From: Ranitomeya imitator
Taxonomy: Eukaryota
DNA: 64,000 bases
Assembly: GCF_032444005.1 (NCBI RefSeq)
Contig: NC_091290.1
Span: 135,656,001-135,720,000, forward strand
Direction: 5' to 3'
Below, piece by piece: positions 58,901 through 64,000 of the stretch (its first letter is position 1; every line of letters begins with the position of its first letter). Below the pieces are notes generated by a model. It did no database searches, was not told where the DNA came from, and saw only the letters and a list, made by a program, of their open reading frames with translations. The position numbers and the translations under genes are program-made.

Positions 58901-61900
58901 TGATTATATACAGATGGGGGTGTATGGTCAGGAGCACAGTGATTATATACATATGGGGGTGTATGGTCAGGGGCACAGTGATGTATGGTCAGGAGCACAG
59001 TGATTATATACAGGGGGGGTGTATGGTCAGGAGCACAGTGATTATATACAGGGGGGGTGTATGGTCAGGAGCACAGTGATTATATACAGATGGGGGTGTA
59101 TGGTCAGGAGCACAGTGATTATATACAGAGGGGGGTGTATGGTCAGGAGCACAGTGATTATATACAGGGGGGGGTGTATGGTCAGGAGCACAGTGATTAT
59201 ATACAGGGGGTGTATGGTCAGGAGCACAGTGATTATATACAGAGGGGGTGTATGGTCAGGAGCACTGTGATTATATACAGGGGGGTGTATGGTCAGGAGC
59301 ATAGTGATTATATACAGGGGGGTGTATGATCAGGAGCATAGTGATTATATACAGATGGGGGTGTATGGTCAGGAGCACAGTGATTATATACAGATGGGGG
59401 TGTATGGTCAGGAGCACAGTGATTATATACAGAGGGGGGTGTATGGTCAGGAGCACAGTGATTATATACAGGGGGTGTATGGTCAGGAGCACAGTGATTA
59501 TATACAGAGGGGGTGTATGGTCAGGAGCACTGTGATTATATACAGGGGGGTGTATGGTCAGGAGCATAGTGATTATATACAGGGGGGTGTATGATCAGGA
59601 GCATAGTGATTATATACAGATGGGGGTGTATGGTCAGGAGCACAGTGATTATATACAGATGGGGGTGTATGGTCAGGAGAACAGTGATTATATACAGGGG
59701 GGGTGTATGGTCAGGAGCACAGTGATTATATACAGGGGGGTGTATGGTCAGGAGCACAGTGATTATATACAGGGGGTGTATGGTCAGGAGCACAGTGATT
59801 ATATACAGAGGGGGTGTATGGTCAGGAGCACAGTGATTATATACGGGGGGGTGTATGGTCAGGAGCACAGTGATTATATACAGGGGGGGTGTATGGTCAG
59901 GAGCACAGTGATTATATACAGATGGGGGTGTATGATCAGGAGCATAGTGATTATATACAGATGGGGGTGTATGGTCAGGAGCACAGTGATTATATACAGA
60001 TGGGGGTGTATGGTCAGGAGCACAGTGATTATATACAGGGGGGGTGTATGGTCAGGAGCACAGTGAGTATATACAGATGGGGGCGTATGGTCAGGAGCAC
60101 AGTGATTATATACAGGGGGGGTGTTTGGTCAGGAGCACAGTGATTATATACAGGGGGGTGTATGGTCAGGAGCACAGTGATTATATACAGATGGGGGGTG
60201 CATGGTCAGGAGCACAGTGATTATATACAGAGGGGGGTGTATGGTCAGGAGCACAGTGATTATATACAGATGGGGGCATATGGTCAGGAGCACAGTGATT
60301 ATATACAGAGGGGGGTGTTTGGTCAGGAGCACAGTGATTATATACAGGGGGGTGTATGGTCAGGAGCACAGTGATTATATACAGATGGGGGGTGCATGGT
60401 CAGGAGCACAGTGATTATATACAGAGGGGGGTGTATGGTCAGGAGCACAGTGATTATATACAGATGGGGGCGTATGGTCAGGAGCACAGTGATTATATAC
60501 AGAGGGGGGTGTATGGTCAGGAGCACAGTGATTATATACAGATGGGGGCGTATGGTCAGGAGCACAGTGATTATATACAGATGGGGGAGTATGGTCAGGA
60601 GCACAGTGATTATATACAGAGGGGGGCGTATGGTCAGGAGCACAGTGATTATATACAGAGGGGGGTGTATGGTCAGGAGCACAGTGATTATATACAGATG
60701 GGGGCGTATGGTCAGGAGCACAGTGATTATATACAGATGGGGGAGTATGGTCAGGAGCACAGTGATTATATACAGAGGGGGGTGTATGGTCAGGAGCACA
60801 GTGATTATATACAGATGGGGGAGTATGGTCAGGAGCACAGTGATTATATACAGATGGGGTGTATGGTCAGGAGCACAGTGATTATATACAGATGGGGGCG
60901 TATGGTCAGGAGCACAGTGATTATATACAGATGGGGGCGTATGGTCAGGAGCACAGTGATTATATACAGATGGGGGAGTATGGTCAGGAGCACAGTGATT
61001 ATATACAGAGGGGGGTGTATGGTCAGGAGCACAGTGATTATATACAGATGGGGGTGTATGGTCAGGAGCACAGTGATTATATACAGATGGGGGCGTATGG
61101 TCAGGAGCACAGTGATTATATACAGGGGGGGTGTATGGTCAGGAGCACAGTGATTATATACAGATGGGGGTGTATGGTCAGGAGCACAGTGATTATATAC
61201 AGATGGGGGTGTATGGTCAGGAGCACAGTGATTATATACAGATGGGGGTGTATGGTCAGGAGCACAGTGATTATATACAGATGGGGGTGTATGGTCAGGA
61301 GCACAGTGATTATATACAGGGGGGGTGTATGGTCAGGAGCACAGTGATTATATACAGATGGGGGAGTATGGTCAGGAGCACAGTGATTATATACAGAGGG
61401 GGGTGTATGGTCAGGAGCACAGTGATTATATACAGATGGGGGTGTATGGTCAGGAGCACAGTGATTATATACAGATGGGGGCGTATGGTCAGGAGCACAG
61501 TGATTATATACAGATGGGGGCGTATGGTCAGGAGCACAGTGATTATATACAGATGGGGGCGTATGGTCAGGAGCACAGTGATTATATACAGGGGGGTGTA
61601 TGGTCAGGAGCACAGTGATTATATACAGATGGGGGAGTATGGTCAGGAGCACAGTGATTATATACAGAGGGGGGCGTATGGTCAGGAGCACAGTGATTAT
61701 ATACAGGGGGGTGTATGGTCAGGAGCACAGTGATTATATACAGATGGGGGTGTATGGTCAGGAGCACAGTGATTATATACAGATGGGGGTGTATGGTCAG
61801 GAGCACAGTGATTATATACAGAGGGGGGTGTATGGTCAGGAGCACAGTGATTATATACATAGGGGGGTGTATGGTCAGGAGCACAGTGATTATATACAGA

Positions 61901-64000
61901 TAGGGGTGTATGGTCAGGAGCACAGTGATTATATACAGATGGGGGCGTATGGTCAGGAGCACAGTGATTATATACAGGGGGGGTGTATGGTCAGGAGCGC
62001 AGTGATTATATACAGATGGGGGTGTATGGTCAGGAGCACAGTGATTATATACAGATGGGGGAGTATGGTCAGGAGCACAGTGATTATATACAGGGGGGTG
62101 TATGGTCAGGAGCACAGTGATTATATACAGAGGGGGGTGTATGGTCAGGAGCACAGTGATTATATACAGATGGGGGGCGTATGGTCAGGAGCACAGTGAT
62201 TATATACAGAGGGGGGTGTATGGTCAGGAGCACAGTGATTATATACAGAGGGGGGTGTATGGTCAGGAGCACAGTGATTATATACAGAGGGGGGTGTATG
62301 GTCAGGAGCACAGTGATTATATACAGATGGGGGAGTATGGTCAGGAGCACAGTGATTATATACAGATAGGGGTGTATGGTCAGGAGCACAGTGATTATAT
62401 ACAGATGGGGGCGTATGGTCAGGAGCACAGTGATTATATACAGGGGGGGTGTATGGTCAGGAGCGCAGTGATTATATACAGATGGGGGTGTATGGTCAGG
62501 AGCACAGTGATTATATACAGATGGGGGAGTATGGTCAGGAGCACAGTGATTATATACAGGGGGGTGTATGGTCAGGAGCACAGTGATTATATACAGAGGG
62601 GGGTGTATGGTCAGGAGCACAGTGATTATATACAGATGGGGGGCGTATGGTCAGGAGCACAGTGATTATATACAGAGGGGGGTGTATGGTCAGGAGCACA
62701 GTGATTATATACAGAGGGGGGTGTATGGTCAGGAGCACAGTGATTATATACAGAGGGGGGTGTATGGTCAGGAGCACAGTGATTATATACAGAGGGGGGT
62801 GTATGGTCAGGAGCACAGTGATTATATACAGATGGGGTGTATGGTCAGGAGCACAGTGATTATATACAGATGGGGGAGTATGGTCAGGAGCACAGTGATT
62901 ATATACAGAGGGGGGTGTATGGTCAGGAGCACAGTGATTATATACAGATGGGGGGTGCATGGTCAGGAGCACAGTGATTATATACAGAGGGGGGTGTATG
63001 GTCAGGAGCACAGTGATTATATACAGATGGGGGTGTATGGTCAGGAGCACAGTGATTATATACAGATGGGGTGTATGGTCAGGAGCACAGTGATTATATA
63101 CAGATGGGGGAGTATGGTCAGGAGCACAGTGATTATATACAGAGGGGGGTGTATGGTCAGGAGCACAGTGATTATATACAGATGGGGGGTGCATGGTCAG
63201 GAGCACAGTGATTATATACAGAGGGGGGTGTATGGTCAGGAGCACAGTGATTATATACAGATGGGGGCGTATGGTCAGGAGCACAGTGATTATATACAGA
63301 TGGGGGTGTATGGTCAGGAGCACAGTGATTATATACAGATGGGGGCGTATGGTCAGGAGCACAGTGATTATATACAGGGGAGGTGTATGGTCAGGAGCAC
63401 AGTGATTATATACAGGGGGGTGTATGGTTAGGAGCACAGTGATTATATACAGATGGGGGTGTATGGTCATGAGCACAGTGATTATATACAGATGGGGGCG
63501 TATGGTCAGGAGCACAGTGATTATATACAGGGGAGGTGTATGGTCAGGAGCACAGTGATTATATACAGGGGGGTGTATGGTCAGGAGCACAGTGATTATA
63601 TACAGATGGGGGCGTATGGTCAGGAGCACAGTGATTATATACAGAGGGGGGTGTATGGTCAGGAGCACAGTGATTATATACAGATGGGGGTGTATGGTCA
63701 GGAGCACAGTGATTATATACAGATGGGGGGTGTATGGTCAGGAGCACAGTGATTATATACAGATAGGGGTGTATGGTCAGGAGCACAGTGATTATATACA
63801 GATGGGGGCGTATGGTCAGGAGCACAGTGATTATATACAGGGGGGGTGTATGGTCAGGAGCGCAGTGATTATATACAGATGGGGGTGTATGGTCAGGAGC
63901 ACAGTGATTATATACAGATGGGGGAGTATGGTCAGGAGCACAGTGATTATATACAGAGGGGGGTGTATGGTCAGGAGCACAGTGATTATATACAGATGGG
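52943..64000. repeat. ~37-40-bp minisatellite, ~285 copies, continuing beyond the window
   Basis: Constant core GTATGGTCAGGAGCACAGTGATTATATACAG plus a variable G-run linker (ATGGGGGT, AGGGGGGT, GGGGGGT, etc.). Confidence 0.97.

Noticed and set aside
52943-64000. CRISPR-like array (constant repeat plus variable segment)
   Set aside because: Variable parts are 6-10-nt G-runs rather than unique spacers, there are no cas genes, and the context is a vertebrate genome.

Overview
Vertebrate genomic DNA, most likely a frog (inferred from protein divergence and the repeat types; species not determinable from here). It carries the conserved block PKD1L3(+) - IST1(-) - ZNF821(+) - ATXN1L(-), matching my recollection of human 16q22.2 in reverse. 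I reconstructed by hand, with GT-AG boundaries and consistent phases, the last 12 coding exons of PKD1L3 (5' part outside the window), the full IST1 CDS (9 exons, 361 aa), the full ZNF821 CDS (6 exons, 390 aa) and the single-exon ATXN1L CDS (684 aa). Roughly 40% of the window is tandem repeat: a 4.9-kb ~85% GC G-quadruplex-type array in IST1 intron 1, a 9-kb 86/81-bp satellite upstream of ATXN1L with a truncated L2 inside it, and an 11-kb ~39-bp minisatellite running off the right edge. Also present are a 4.3-kb cluster of putative non-autonomous Helitrons, three decayed Tc1 elements, a V-SINE, L2 fragments and several MITEs. Most ORF-track entries, including the three ~1650-aa ORFs, are repeat artefacts. 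The most notable observations are a complete-looking + strand terminal exon lying antisense on the last IST1 exon (possible PKD1L3/IST1 overlap), the three-domain G4 array beside the IST1 promoter, and the inverted Helitron cluster carrying promoter-type motifs. No prokaryotic-type system such as CRISPR is present.
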